From NCBI RefSeq assembly GCF_001481685.1, contig NZ_CP006867.1:60001-92000 (forward strand): a stretch of 32,000 bases of DNA, read 5' to 3'. This DNA comes from Ignicoccus islandicus DSM 13165. GTDB taxonomy: Archaea; Thermoproteota; Thermoprotei_A; Sulfolobales; Ignicoccaceae. Below the pieces are notes generated by a model. It worked only from the letters and a program-made list of their open reading frames with translations. It ran no database searches and had not been told where the DNA came from. Positions 1 through 7,883 of the stretch are shown here, piece after piece. Each line of letters starts with the position of its first letter. The stretch's first letter is position 1. The translations under genes were made by a program, and so were the position numbers.

Positions 1-545
1 TCATAGATGTATATTCCATCGCTGAACACTCTTCTGTCGAAGTCCTTAATCTTAGTGGCTAGTTCTATATTTGCTGCAGTTTGAGCTACTTTCTCTAAAT
101 CTATCCCTTCAACTATTAGATCTCGACCCTTTACTTGAACCTTAACGCCAGGAAGGACTTTAGCTATCCTCGGGGCCTTTTCTCCGATGAAGTTCGCTAT
201 TTCAACTACGTCGCCCTTTACGTTAACGCTTATTGGGAAGTGTGAGAATATTATTTTCATTTTATACCTCCAGCCTTTGGTAACTCCGATTATCATGTTG
301 TTTATATGAGCAGCAATCGTTCTAACTAACGCCTTCTTTTTGCGATTGGCAAAGAATGTCTCTACTAAGATGGCATCCTTGCCCTCTTCAGTCTTCACTA
401 GTTTTATGTTAACGCCCTTAGCGTGGGAGAAGTCTCTTTCAAGCGTTCCTTTAGGTCCACTTACCTTCACTTTCAAGCCCTCTACCGTTACGGTCACGCC
501 GTCCGGTATCTCTACTAAGTGATGGACCCACACGGCTTTAGCCAT
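1..545 (-). CDS. rpl6: 50S ribosomal protein uL6 (L6P). 3' end partial: the last few codons and the stop lie left of the window.
   Basis: This minus-strand ORF is absent from the supplied track because it runs off the window edge. ATG at 545-543. My translation is [49 protein letters not shown]...[71 protein letters not shown]...[14 protein letters not shown]. That is the classical uL6 pattern (AHFPI, NFxGEK, DxRxFxDGIY). Confidence 0.9.
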   Translation of the reverse strand, partial: MAKAVWVHHLVEIPDGVTVTVEGLKVKVSGPKGTLERDFSHAKGVNIKLVKTEEGKDAILVETFFANRKKKALVRTIAAHINNMIIGVTKGWRYKMKIIFSHFPISVNVKGDVVEIANFIGEKAPRIAKVLPGVKVQVKGRDLIVEGIDLEKVAQTAANIELATKIKDFDRRVFSDGIYIY

Positions 546-581
546 TTTTCATTTACCCATTGAGGGGTGTCTTACGGGGAT

Positions 582-1376
582 TTAAGGACTCTTATGAAGC
601 TTCTCGTAGGTATATTCCATTAACGAGTCTATTAAACTGCGTTCTTGAGAAGGACACTTTTCTAGTAAGAATAGTAGAGACGGAGGCTTCACCACTTTAC
701 TTCTAACTAAACCCTCGAGAGTTAAGTTGCCTTTAGCATTGTATTCCACTATGGAAGAGCGCTCGATCATTAGTACCTTATCCGATATCCATATGAGCTC
801 GGGATCGTGAGTTGCAATTAAAGCGGACCTTCCTTCTTCTCTGAGCTGAATAATGTACTTCAATACTTTCCAATACGATTCGTTATCCAAGAAACTCGTG
901 GGTTCGTCTAAGAGTACGTACTTTGGCTTGTATACTTCGATACTAGCAATAGTAACGAGTCTTTTCTGACCTAGGCTAAGTCTTAACGTTCTCTCCTTTG
1001 TAAGATGTTCTATACCAAACTTCCTTAACGTTTCAATAACTCTTGCTCTAATTTCGTCTTCGCTCATTCCCAGCGTCCTGAGCGAATACGCAACCTCATC
1101 GTACACTGTCGGGTTAAACAGTTGCGCCCCAGGATCTTGGAACGTTAGCCCAACGAGAGGTTTTAATCGAAACCTATCTTTGCTCCATCTTAGTCCATCT
1201 ATTTCTAATCTCCCTTTGATTGGTTTGAGCAATCCGGCTAGAGTCATTAGTAGAGTCGTTTTACCGCTGCCCGTAGGTCCAACTAATGCAACTATCTCAC
1301 CGGAATCTACGCGCACGTTGATGTCTCGAATTATAGGATACTTGTAGCCGATTTCACCGTTCTCGAAAATTAACAT
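582..1376 (-). CDS. cbiO: ECF/cobalt-type ABC transporter ATP-binding subunit (CbiO/EcfA)
   Basis: Walker A GPTGSGKT, ABC signature LSLGQKR and Walker B VLLDEPTSFLD. The start overlaps the cbiQ stop (TAATG), and it is the last gene of the cbiM-N-Q-O order. Confidence 0.85.
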   Translation of the reverse strand: MLIFENGEIGYKYPIIRDINVRVDSGEIVALVGPTGSGKTTLLMTLAGLLKPIKGRLEIDGLRWSKDRFRLKPLVGLTFQDPGAQLFNPTVYDEVAYSLRTLGMSEDEIRARVIETLRKFGIEHLTKERTLRLSLGQKRLVTIASIEVYKPKYVLLDEPTSFLDNESYWKVLKYIIQLREEGRSALIATHDPELIWISDKVLMIERSSIVEYNAKGNLTLEGLVRSKVVKPPSLLFLLEKCPSQERSLIDSLMEYTYEKLHKSP

Positions 1377-2020
1377 TATCCCAACCTCCTCGCCTCAAGA
1401 GCCATTAACCTTAGTTCTAAATAGAACCTTACCCTATATAAGAACATTTCAAGGCTCGATAATTGGTGTCTCCAAATTTCTTTCAAGAATAACTTCTTCA
1501 AAGTTCTAGATTCTCGTGCAGCTAATAGCGTTAGTAACGAGGTAGAGAGCGTTAATGCAACTAGAAGAACGTACTCATATAACGTTACAATACCTTCCGG
1601 TATTCCTAGGTCTACAAGGATTTTCAAAATATTAATTAAGCCAACTCTTTCTATATATAGACTTATTAGTAAAGTTGATAACGAAGATCTCATTGTAAGC
1701 GAGAGCCCTTCGACAAGACCGCGATCACCTAGCCCTGTCCACGAGAAAAGCGTAGTGATGAGACCTAGAGCGAGAGGATACAGGGTAACGCTAAACGGGT
1801 ACTTCAGTGTACGTAATCGCGATCTTCTCTTAATCAGTTCCCTGAGTAAGAATGGAAGAGATACTAGTATCAGCTTATCAATGGATTTCTCGAAAGAAAG
1901 GTATATAGTTGCTGATACGTACAATAGGAACTCGATTTTCGATGTCCCCTCGCGACCTCGAGAGAGCGCATAAGAAAGCTCGCTGACTTCTTCCACGAAC
2001 TTCGACGTAAGGCCTCCCAT
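1376..2020 (-). CDS. cbiQ: ECF transporter transmembrane T component (CbiQ)
   Basis: A 214-aa polytopic membrane protein between cbiN and cbiO. It has the C-terminal coupling-helix motifs AARESR and ALEARRLG (AxxxR-type motifs of EcfT/CbiQ). Confidence 0.72.
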   Translation of the reverse strand: MGGLTSKFVEEVSELSYALSRGREGTSKIEFLLYVSATIYLSFEKSIDKLILVSLPFLLRELIKRRSRLRTLKYPFSVTLYPLALGLITTLFSWTGLGDRGLVEGLSLTMRSSLSTLLISLYIERVGLINILKILVDLGIPEGIVTLYEYVLLVALTLSTSLLTLLAARESRTLKKLFLKEIWRHQLSSLEMFLYRVRFYLELRLMALEARRLG

Positions 2021-2027
2021 AATCTTA

Positions 2028-2318
2028 TCACTTCTCAGCAGTTTTCGCTAATATGTATCCCACTGCGAATATTACTGAGATTCCTATGATGCCGGCAATG
2101 ATGTAACCTATAGCATCTGGAACTCCCGGTACGGTGTAATCGCTGAAGGGGGTCCAGTTAAATTCCATTTCCTTTAAGTGAAGCGCCTCTGCGGCTACGT
2201 CTAACGGTTCATGGTATCCTACTAGGTCAGCACCTATTACACCGAAAAGCGGACTCACAAAGAGTCCTATTACTACTACTTGTAACAGCCTCCTATTCCT
2301 TAACACGTATTTTAACAT
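2028..2318 (-). CDS. cbiN: Small membrane component of the cobalt/nickel ECF transporter (CbiN / PDGLE-type)
   Basis: The track ORF extends to 2378, but that part overlaps the cbiM 3' end. The internal ATG at 2318 is preceded by GGGGTGGTGG (SD-like) and starts 13 nt after the cbiM stop. It has two TM segments flanking GYHEPLDVAAE (PDGLE-like). Position between cbiM and cbiQ fits. Confidence 0.6.
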   Translation of the reverse strand: MLKYVLRNRRLLQVVVIGLFVSPLFGVIGADLVGYHEPLDVAAEALHLKEMEFNWTPFSDYTVPGVPDAIGYIIAGIIGISVIFAVGYILAKTAEK

Positions 2319-2331
2319 GCGCCACCACCCC

Positions 2332-2976
2332 TTAAATAGGATTCCAGAAGTCCGACTCTCTAGCAGTTTTAACGGCAATCATTGTAATTAATCCCTCTAT
2401 AATACCCAAAAAGAAGTGCCAAACGGTCATCACAGGAACGGATATTTCTACTCCAAAGGGAAATAGCGGACTTAAGCCTATCTCTATACCACAAACGAAA
2501 CCTGCTAATGTTATGCCAAACCACGCTCCTAAGAAAGCACCGATAAGCTCACCGTTTCCCTTAAATTTATTCTTTATAGCGTTGTATACCAAATATCCGA
2601 CCCACCCATCTACTATTGCCATATTGAGTAAGTTAGCACCGAGGGCAGTAATTCCACCATCGTGAAAGACTAAACATTGAGTTGTAATTACCATTGACAT
2701 CGCGACGAAGCCTAACCATGGACCCAATAGAATGTAAGCCAGGGCCCCCCCCACGAAGTGCAAGCTAGTACCTCCTGGAAGAGGCCAGTTCAGCATTTGA
2801 GCCACGAAGATAGCTGCTGCTAGTAAAGTGGCCTTTGAAACGTTTTGCGGAGCCCATAAGTTGCCTTCCCTGATCTTCTTTATAGTTAGGTAAGCGTAGG
2901 CAATCGCAACAACGTATGTTAGAAGTACCCAGAGCGGACTCAAGTAGCCGTCAGGTATGTGCACAAATTTCACCAA
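2332..2976 (-). CDS. cbiM: Cobalt/nickel ECF transporter substrate-capture subunit CbiM/NikM
   Basis: The HIPDGYLSP signature is at the N-terminus of a polytopic membrane protein. The track start is TTG 2976. The GTG at 2964 would give the canonical M-H-I-P-D-G mature N-terminus. Confidence 0.85.
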   Translation of the reverse strand: MVKFVHIPDGYLSPLWVLLTYVVAIAYAYLTIKKIREGNLWAPQNVSKATLLAAAIFVAQMLNWPLPGGTSLHFVGGALAYILLGPWLGFVAMSMVITTQCLVFHDGGITALGANLLNMAIVDGWVGYLVYNAIKNKFKGNGELIGAFLGAWFGITLAGFVCGIEIGLSPLFPFGVEISVPVMTVWHFFLGIIEGLITMIAVKTARESDFWNPI

Positions 2977-3024
2977 CTCGTGTACAAAATGTCATGCTTA
3001 AAAAGATTTTTAATATAAATATAA

Positions 3025-3040
3025 GGTTCTAATAAGAACC
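3025..3040. promoter_or_regulatory. Inverted repeat GGTTCT-AATA-AGAACC just upstream of the AT-rich cbiM promoter region; candidate repressor/activator site
   Basis: Read directly from the sequence: 6-bp perfect arms with a 4-nt spacer. It abuts the TATA-like run TTATATTTATATTAAAAA (minus-strand reading of 3006-3025), about 50-60 nt upstream of the cbiM start. Confidence 0.3.
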
Positions 3041-3181
3041 ATTAGCAGTTGTTAAGCGAAAGGCATTCGACCTTAATAATGGAATAGAAAAGGAATATGC
3101 AGTTTATCACTCTAAATGTAAAAACGCGTTAAACTCGTTAAATGAAATTAGGGAGCAATTACGACCAATAGACTTCGTCAC

Positions 3182-3742
3182 TCAATTAGCTATTCCTCTA
3201 AGGCGTTTTCTGAACGCTTCCATCCATTCCTCGTTAAGCTCGTCGTTATTCCAAGATGACGGATCTGAAACGCCTTTCACGTATAGGTAAAGAGTTCTCA
3301 CAACTCCGTTCTCGTCTTGGAATCCTCTTCTAGCAATAGGCATCCAGTTAGGAATAGGTATCTCAAGCGTTACTATTCGAGTGCCGTCCTTAACTTCTTT
3401 CTCTAGCTTCCTTACTAAATAGTCTCTAATGACATCGTAGTATATGTAAAGGTATATGACTGTAGCTACGGATAAATCCACCTCAGTGAAGTCACCTTCA
3501 ATAAACTCCACTCTGTTCGAAACGCCGTATTCGGATGCCTTCTTCCTCGAAATCGCCACCAATGCGCTATCGATTTCAACTCCAATTCCCTTACACCCGC
3601 TTAGCTTGGAGGTCAATACAACTATCCTCCCATCTCCCGAGCCTAGGTCAATCAGTACATCGTTGGGCGTTACTTTGGCGAGTTCTACTATCTTCTCTGC
3701 CGTTTTTACTGGACTAGCGATGTACGGAACCAACTTCTTCAA
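3182..3742 (-). CDS. Small class I SAM-dependent methyltransferase; tentatively of the crenarchaeal protein-lysine methyltransferase (aKMT-like) type
   Basis: Motif I VLIDLGSGDGRIV, then GVEID and a post-II acidic residue. 186 aa. The N-terminal VPYIASP and the overall layout resemble my recollection of Sulfolobus aKMT, which I cannot verify here. The TTG start overlaps the stop of the upstream CBS gene (TTGA). Confidence 0.7.
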   Translation of the reverse strand: MKKLVPYIASPVKTAEKIVELAKVTPNDVLIDLGSGDGRIVVLTSKLSGCKGIGVEIDSALVAISRKKASEYGVSNRVEFIEGDFTEVDLSVATVIYLYIYYDVIRDYLVRKLEKEVKDGTRIVTLEIPIPNWMPIARRGFQDENGVVRTLYLYVKGVSDPSSWNNDELNEEWMEAFRKRLRGIAN

Positions 3743-4665
3743 GGTAACTCCACCAAAACGACTAATTCCTTGTCTCCGATCCTTCGGGAAACGTTCTTGA
3801 GCGCGTCTTCCCCTTCTACTATTACTATTGCGTTATACTTCCCGATGGTCTTAATCACTTTAACGTTTTGGAGACCTTCCAGCCTATCTACGTCACCGCC
3901 CTTAAGCAGTAAAACGTATCGAGTTAGCTCCTTTACTATGTCAGGTAGTATGTATCCTATGTCTTTTATGGACGCAATTTTACCTTTCCAAACAACTAGT
4001 TTGTCCGTGTTGTTGGTTCTCATAAGCCTTACAGCGCACTCTAGGTCGGTTAAGGGATCGGTAGTGATGACCCTTTGAGCAGCGTAATTTAATGCTAAAT
4101 CAGAGTAAGGGTCACCGTAGGCGGCACTTCTTAGTACGCTTTCATCAGTAACTAACTTCGAACCTACGAAAGCGGCTTCAGTGTCCATGTTGACTATCTC
4201 TGTTGCCACGTCAGCTATCGTAGCCCTTTCATCTAATCTAGGTATTCTCTTAGATACATTACCTAGGTTGAGCTTACCTGAGGGAATGAATTCCGTTAGC
4301 GCGAAAACTATATCTCTTATATATAGTATTCCCTTTAATTTGTTATCATGCGTGACTAGAACGTGAGATATTCTGTATTCTTTCAGTAATCTTAAGGCCG
4401 AAATCAAGTCCTTGTCTCCGCTTAGCTTCAATGGAGAGGGCGTTCCATATTCTTCCACGGTGGTAATTTCTAAGTCCTCTCCTTTCGCAACAGCCCTTAC
4501 TACGTCAGTCTTAGTGATTAAGTAATTAATTCTTTCTTGGTCGTCTAGAGCCAGCGCGGCGCCTATACCTCCCTCGCATATTACTTTGGCCGCTTTCTTG
4601 AGCGAGTCCGTAGCTTCAACTCTCGGAATTACGGGGTTTTTCAACACGTCTTCGAGAGTTAGCAT
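3739..4665 (-). CDS. CBS-domain protein (two CBS pairs) with a C-terminal ~60-aa alpha/beta module resembling a RAM/ACT-like ligand-binding domain
   Basis: Repeated CBS-like segments (..ISHVLVTHDNKLKGILYIRDIV.., ..TDKLVVWKGKIASIKDIGYIL..). The C-terminal segment is YVLLLKGGDVDRLEGLQNVKVIKTIGKYNAIVIVEGEDALKNV. Confidence 0.75.
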   Translation of the reverse strand: MLTLEDVLKNPVIPRVEATDSLKKAAKVICEGGIGAALALDDQERINYLITKTDVVRAVAKGEDLEITTVEEYGTPSPLKLSGDKDLISALRLLKEYRISHVLVTHDNKLKGILYIRDIVFALTEFIPSGKLNLGNVSKRIPRLDERATIADVATEIVNMDTEAAFVGSKLVTDESVLRSAAYGDPYSDLALNYAAQRVITTDPLTDLECAVRLMRTNNTDKLVVWKGKIASIKDIGYILPDIVKELTRYVLLLKGGDVDRLEGLQNVKVIKTIGKYNAIVIVEGEDALKNVSRRIGDKELVVLVELP

Positions 4666-4708
4666 TCCTAACGTCCCTCGGCTAATATCTCATAGTACGT
4701 TATCAATA

Positions 4709-5461
4709 CTACATCAGCTTTAATGGGAGATTACTGTCATAGAGGTAAACGTAATTCGTTACTTCATCTAGACCTAATCCTATTGCCTTAACGTTCACCC
4801 CAGATTTCATGGCTTCTAGTATCAAGTCCGTAATACCAGGATGTCCGTCTTCGAACGGTCTGAAACAACACGCTCCATCGAACCCCACAACGAAAACCAA
4901 GTACTTATCGTAACCTCTGAGACTAATCAGATCTTTAATTTGCTTCACGCCCCTTTGCGTGGGACAATCTGGCCACATACCTTCTTCATACTCCCCTTTG
5001 AGATCTGCGCTCTTTAACTCCACTATACCTATCTTCCCTTCGTTGGAAACTAATTGGAAATCGAAAACAGATGAACCAAACTTAGGAGCCCTCTTTATCA
5101 CCTTATATCCCCTCAGCCATGGGAGCAAACCTCTTTCCAGTGCCTCTTTGAAAGCTATCTCTTGGATTCTCGTATCTAAAACTGCAAAGGAATCCATGAA
5201 GACCCTAGCTGCCACTAACTTACAATGCGTCCTCCTCCCTCCGTTAAGCGAACAGAAGCATTCGTTTCCTTCCCATATTAGGTCCAGAAGCCTTCCCGTA
5301 TTGGAGTTGTGAGCTAATTTGATATCGTTACCAACTTTCACTTCAACAACGAAACGATTCAATTTTCTCAAAATAGAACATTTAATAACATCTACCCTAA
5401 ATAACGAAACGAACTCGTTCCCACGTCGCGATTTAAGCGATGGTACCCAAAGAGGCATCAA
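4709..5461 (-). CDS. sfsA: SfsA family protein (sugar fermentation stimulation protein homolog; nuclease-fold DNA-binding protein)
   Basis: The N-terminal OB-like part has RKLNRFVVEV...AHNSNTGRL, and the C-terminal part is PD-(D/E)xK-like (VELKSADL). The true start is probably downstream of 5461, because the divergent neighbour begins only 18-57 nt away. Confidence 0.7.
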   Translation of the reverse strand: MMPLWVPSLKSRRGNEFVSLFRVDVIKCSILRKLNRFVVEVKVGNDIKLAHNSNTGRLLDLIWEGNECFCSLNGGRRTHCKLVAARVFMDSFAVLDTRIQEIAFKEALERGLLPWLRGYKVIKRAPKFGSSVFDFQLVSNEGKIGIVELKSADLKGEYEEGMWPDCPTQRGVKQIKDLISLRGYDKYLVFVVGFDGACCFRPFEDGHPGITDLILEAMKSGVNVKAIGLGLDEVTNYVYLYDSNLPLKLM

Positions 5462-5479
5462 GTTAGCTCATCCCATAGG

Positions 5480-6451
5480 GTGAGCTTCAAAAACTCTAAG
5501 AAGAAGGCTTTACGGCTGATGCCTATTGTGTGGATAGGCAGAGCAATTGGTCACACGCCTTCGGTCCTCTTAAGGAAGCTGGTTAACGATGAGAATAAAG
5601 TCATGGTCAAACTTGAGTTCATGAATCCTAGTGGTAGTATAAAGGACAGACCTGCCTTATTTATGATAAAAAAGGCTGAAGAAGAAGGATTGCTCAAGGA
5701 AGGCTCTACGATAGTTGAACCTTCTTCAGGAAACACGGCGATTTCATTGGCAATGTTAGCGGCCGCCCGAGGATACAAAATGGTTGCTGTCGTCCCCAAA
5801 ACCACCAGTTCCAATAAAATAAAGATGCTGAAGGCCTTAGGTGCTCGAGTAATTTTCTCTGAAAGCGGAGTCCCTTTAGGTCATCCAGAGCATCACTACA
5901 CTAAGGCCGTGAGACTCGCAAAGGAGAACGGTTGGGTAATGCTTGATCAATACAGAAACGAGGCTAACGTCAGGGCACACTACGAAACGACGGGCCCTGA
6001 ATTACATGCCCAAGCAATTCAGCTAATGGGAGGGCTAGACGCTTTCGTGGCCGGTGTAGGCACGGGCGGTACAATTCTAGGCATTGGAAAGTACTTGAAG
6101 GAAGTGAAGGAAGACGTGAGAGTTATTGCCGTGGTACCTAGCAATACGCTAATTTCCAAATTCTTAGGACTCAATGGAGACAGAACCTTCCATTCGATAG
6201 AAGGCTTGACTGCTATGCCCGTTAGTTCTCTTCTAAGAAAATATAGGCACTTAATTGATGAAGTGATTGAAATATCCGACAACGAAGCTTTGGAGACAAT
6301 GAAATTCTTGGCCTCAAGGGAAGGTATTATGGGAGGATTGAGTTGCGGAGCTAACGTGGCTGCGTCGCTCAAGCTTGCTAGAGAAGGAATTAGAGTTGCA
6401 ACCGTCTGTCCGGATGGATTGATTAGGTACCTTGATAGATTGGAGCTATAA
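5480..6451 (+). CDS. PLP-dependent cysteine synthase / cystathionine beta-synthase family enzyme (O-acetyl- or O-phosphoserine sulfhydrylase)
   Basis: Schiff-base lysine motif NPSGSIKDRPA, then SSGNTAISLA and the glycine loop GVGTGGT. The likely real start is ATG 5519 (MPIVWIGRAIGHTPSV), not the GTG at 5480. Confidence 0.82.
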   Translation: MSFKNSKKKALRLMPIVWIGRAIGHTPSVLLRKLVNDENKVMVKLEFMNPSGSIKDRPALFMIKKAEEEGLLKEGSTIVEPSSGNTAISLAMLAAARGYKMVAVVPKTTSSNKIKMLKALGARVIFSESGVPLGHPEHHYTKAVRLAKENGWVMLDQYRNEANVRAHYETTGPELHAQAIQLMGGLDAFVAGVGTGGTILGIGKYLKEVKEDVRVIAVVPSNTLISKFLGLNGDRTFHSIEGLTAMPVSSLLRKYRHLIDEVIEISDNEALETMKFLASREGIMGGLSCGANVAASLKLAREGIRVATVCPDGLIRYLDRLEL

Positions 6452-6477
6452 GTAAATATATACAACAAATACAACTT

Positions 6478-7683
6478 ATGCGCGGTGATATCGTGAGCGA
6501 CGTTTACGTGGTCTCAGCTGTCAGGACGCCTATAGGTAAGTTCTTGGGTGCCTTTTCAAACGTTCCTGCGCCAGACCTAGCGGCGATAGCAGTTAAGGAA
6601 GCCATTAGGAGAGCTGGTATAGAACCTAAGGACGTCAATTATTATACAATGGGTAATGTTATAGGCGCAGCTGTAGGTCAGAACCCAGCTAGACGCACCG
6701 CGCTCTTAGCCGGTATACCTCACCATATTGATGGCTTCACCATCAACATGGTTTGCTCCTCCGGCATGATGTCTGTAATAGATGCCGTTAGGGCGATCAA
6801 GCTCGGAGAAGCGAGGATAGCTTTGGCAGGCGGAATGGAAAACATGACTAGGGCCCCTCTATGTCTACCTCAAGAAGCCCGAACGGGTATGAAGCATCTC
6901 ATTGGTAGGCAAGCGAACCTTATAGATACTATGGTACTGGACGGATTAACAGATGCTTGGAACTGGAGGATAATGGGAGAGGAGGCTGACGCAACTGCTA
7001 AGAAGTACGGTGCAAAGAGAGAGGAACTAGATGAGATAGCTTTCAATAGTCACATGAGGGCGGCTAAAGCTACGGACGATGGAATATTTAAGAACGAAAT
7101 AGTACCGGTTGAGGTGAAAACCCGGAAGGGGGTAGTCGTAGTAGATAAGGACGAGGGAATAAGGAGGGATACTAGCATTGAGAAGCTCAGCAAGCTACCT
7201 CCCGCTTTCACTCCCGATGGCGTTCACACAGCGGGCAATAGCTCTCAGTTAAGCGATGGTGCGGCCGCCTTAATCTTAGCTCCAGAGAAGGTCGTGAACG
7301 AATATGGCCTCAAGCCGTTAGCGAGGATACTAGGTTACGATATAGTAGGCCTGAAGCCGGAGGACTTCGTTGAAGCACCAGTACCCGGTATAAGGCGCAT
7401 TTCCGAGAAGCTCGGTGTAAAGCCGGACGACTGGGACCTCTACGAAGTTAATGAAGCGTTTGCTATAAGCTTGTGGCTTCCGCATCACTTGCTAGGAATA
7501 CCGTACGAGAGAATGAACGTTCACGGTGGCGCAATTGCCTTAGGCCACCCGTTAGGCGCTTCGGGAGCCAGGATAATAGTGACCTTGATTAATGCTCTCA
7601 AAACACATGGACAGAATAGAGGCGTTGCCACCCTCTGTCACGGAACTGGTGGTGGAACTACGATAGCTCTGGAACTAGTCTAA
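6478..7683 (+). CDS. Acetyl-CoA C-acetyltransferase (acetoacetyl-CoA thiolase, AtoB type)
   Basis: Nucleophile Cys in NMVCSSGM, then NSSQLSDGAAA, NEAFA, GGAIALGHPLGASGARI and a C-terminal catalytic Cys in LCHGTGGG. Confidence 0.9.
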   Translation: MRGDIVSDVYVVSAVRTPIGKFLGAFSNVPAPDLAAIAVKEAIRRAGIEPKDVNYYTMGNVIGAAVGQNPARRTALLAGIPHHIDGFTINMVCSSGMMSVIDAVRAIKLGEARIALAGGMENMTRAPLCLPQEARTGMKHLIGRQANLIDTMVLDGLTDAWNWRIMGEEADATAKKYGAKREELDEIAFNSHMRAAKATDDGIFKNEIVPVEVKTRKGVVVVDKDEGIRRDTSIEKLSKLPPAFTPDGVHTAGNSSQLSDGAAALILAPEKVVNEYGLKPLARILGYDIVGLKPEDFVEAPVPGIRRISEKLGVKPDDWDLYEVNEAFAISLWLPHHLLGIPYERMNVHGGAIALGHPLGASGARIIVTLINALKTHGQNRGVATLCHGTGGGTTIALELV

Positions 7684-7748
7684 CCTTTTAGGAGATTCCT
7701 ACATAGATATTGATACTGAGTCAGATTTGTTAATTTAATGTTAAGGAT

Positions 7749-7866
7749 TGGTGGGCCCGCCGGGATTTGAACCCGGGGCCACGGGGACCCGAGTCGGGCG
7801 CCGACCCGAAAACCCTTGGGGGTACCGGCGTACCCCGCATCCTAGTCCAAGCTAGACGACGGGCCC
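7749..7866 (-). tRNA. tRNA-Pro(CGG) with a 39-nt intron at non-canonical position 32/33; CCA encoded
   Basis: The reverse complement reads GGGCCCG-TC-GTCT-AGCTTGGACTA-GGAT-G-CGGGG-T[intron]TCGGGT-CCCCG-TGGCC-CCGGG-TTCAAAT-CCCGG-CGGGCCC-A-CCA. All four stems pair. A14, G18G19, A21, U33, G37 and A73 are present. The spliced length is 76 nt plus CCA. Confidence 0.85.
7793..7831 (-). other. tRNA-Pro intron (ACGCCGGTACCCCCAAGGGTTTTCGGGTCGGCGCCCGAC) in a relaxed bulge-helix-bulge (H-B-h') context
   Basis: The central 4-bp helix pairs exon C27-G30 (CGGG) with intron CCCG. Both 3-nt bulges (GT|A and AC|T) place the cut after their second nucleotide. The intron-internal helix is CGCCGG/TCGGCG (6-7 bp). 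The outer exon helix is weak (1-2 bp). Confidence 0.65.
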
Positions 7867-7883
7867 ACCGTTCCATAGACGAC

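Noticed and set aside
1755-1846. C/D-box sRNA candidates seeded by RUGAUGA-like sequences. GTGATGA occurs at 1755 and also near 4063 and 23779. ATGATGA occurs near 20425 and on the minus strand near 11057.
   Set aside because: All lie inside coding regions. None has a CUGA D box at the expected ~50-60 nt spacing or internal C'/D' boxes. No RUGAUGA occurs in any intergenic spacer.
2977-3181. A possible cobalamin/metal riboswitch in the 205-bp region upstream of cbiM.
   Set aside because: The region is very AT-rich with no B12-box-like GC-rich core and no extended pairing. The transcript leader is probably short, given a TATA-like box about 30-50 nt from the start.
5461-5519. An apparent 18-bp divergent intergenic region between sfsA and the cysteine synthase gene, which looked like a possible shared or overlapping regulatory oddity.
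   Set aside because: It is most likely an artefact of longest-ORF start assignment. The cysteine synthase gene probably starts at ATG 5519 and sfsA probably downstream of 5461, which gives a normal divergent promoter spacer.
6019-6474. Long antisense shadow ORFs inside confidently called genes. This 151-aa example is antisense to the cysteine synthase gene. Others are 29286-29726 (antisense to secY), 15803-16162, 16254-16634, 3456-3800, 11870-12181 and 7930-8169.
   Set aside because: Their Ser/Leu/Pro/Thr-rich low-complexity composition is typical of the reverse frame of real genes. They have no motifs, and each is fully contained within a gene that has strong family signatures.
7793-7831. 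An alternative two-intron model for tRNA-Pro. It is suggested by the duplicated TCGGGTC, with introns of 22 and 17 nt flanking the first copy.
   Set aside because: I could not build a bulge-helix-bulge for either hypothetical intron. The required 4-nt partner of CGGG or TTCG is absent at the right distance. The single 39-nt intron at 32/33 gives a perfect 4-bp central helix with correctly placed bulges.
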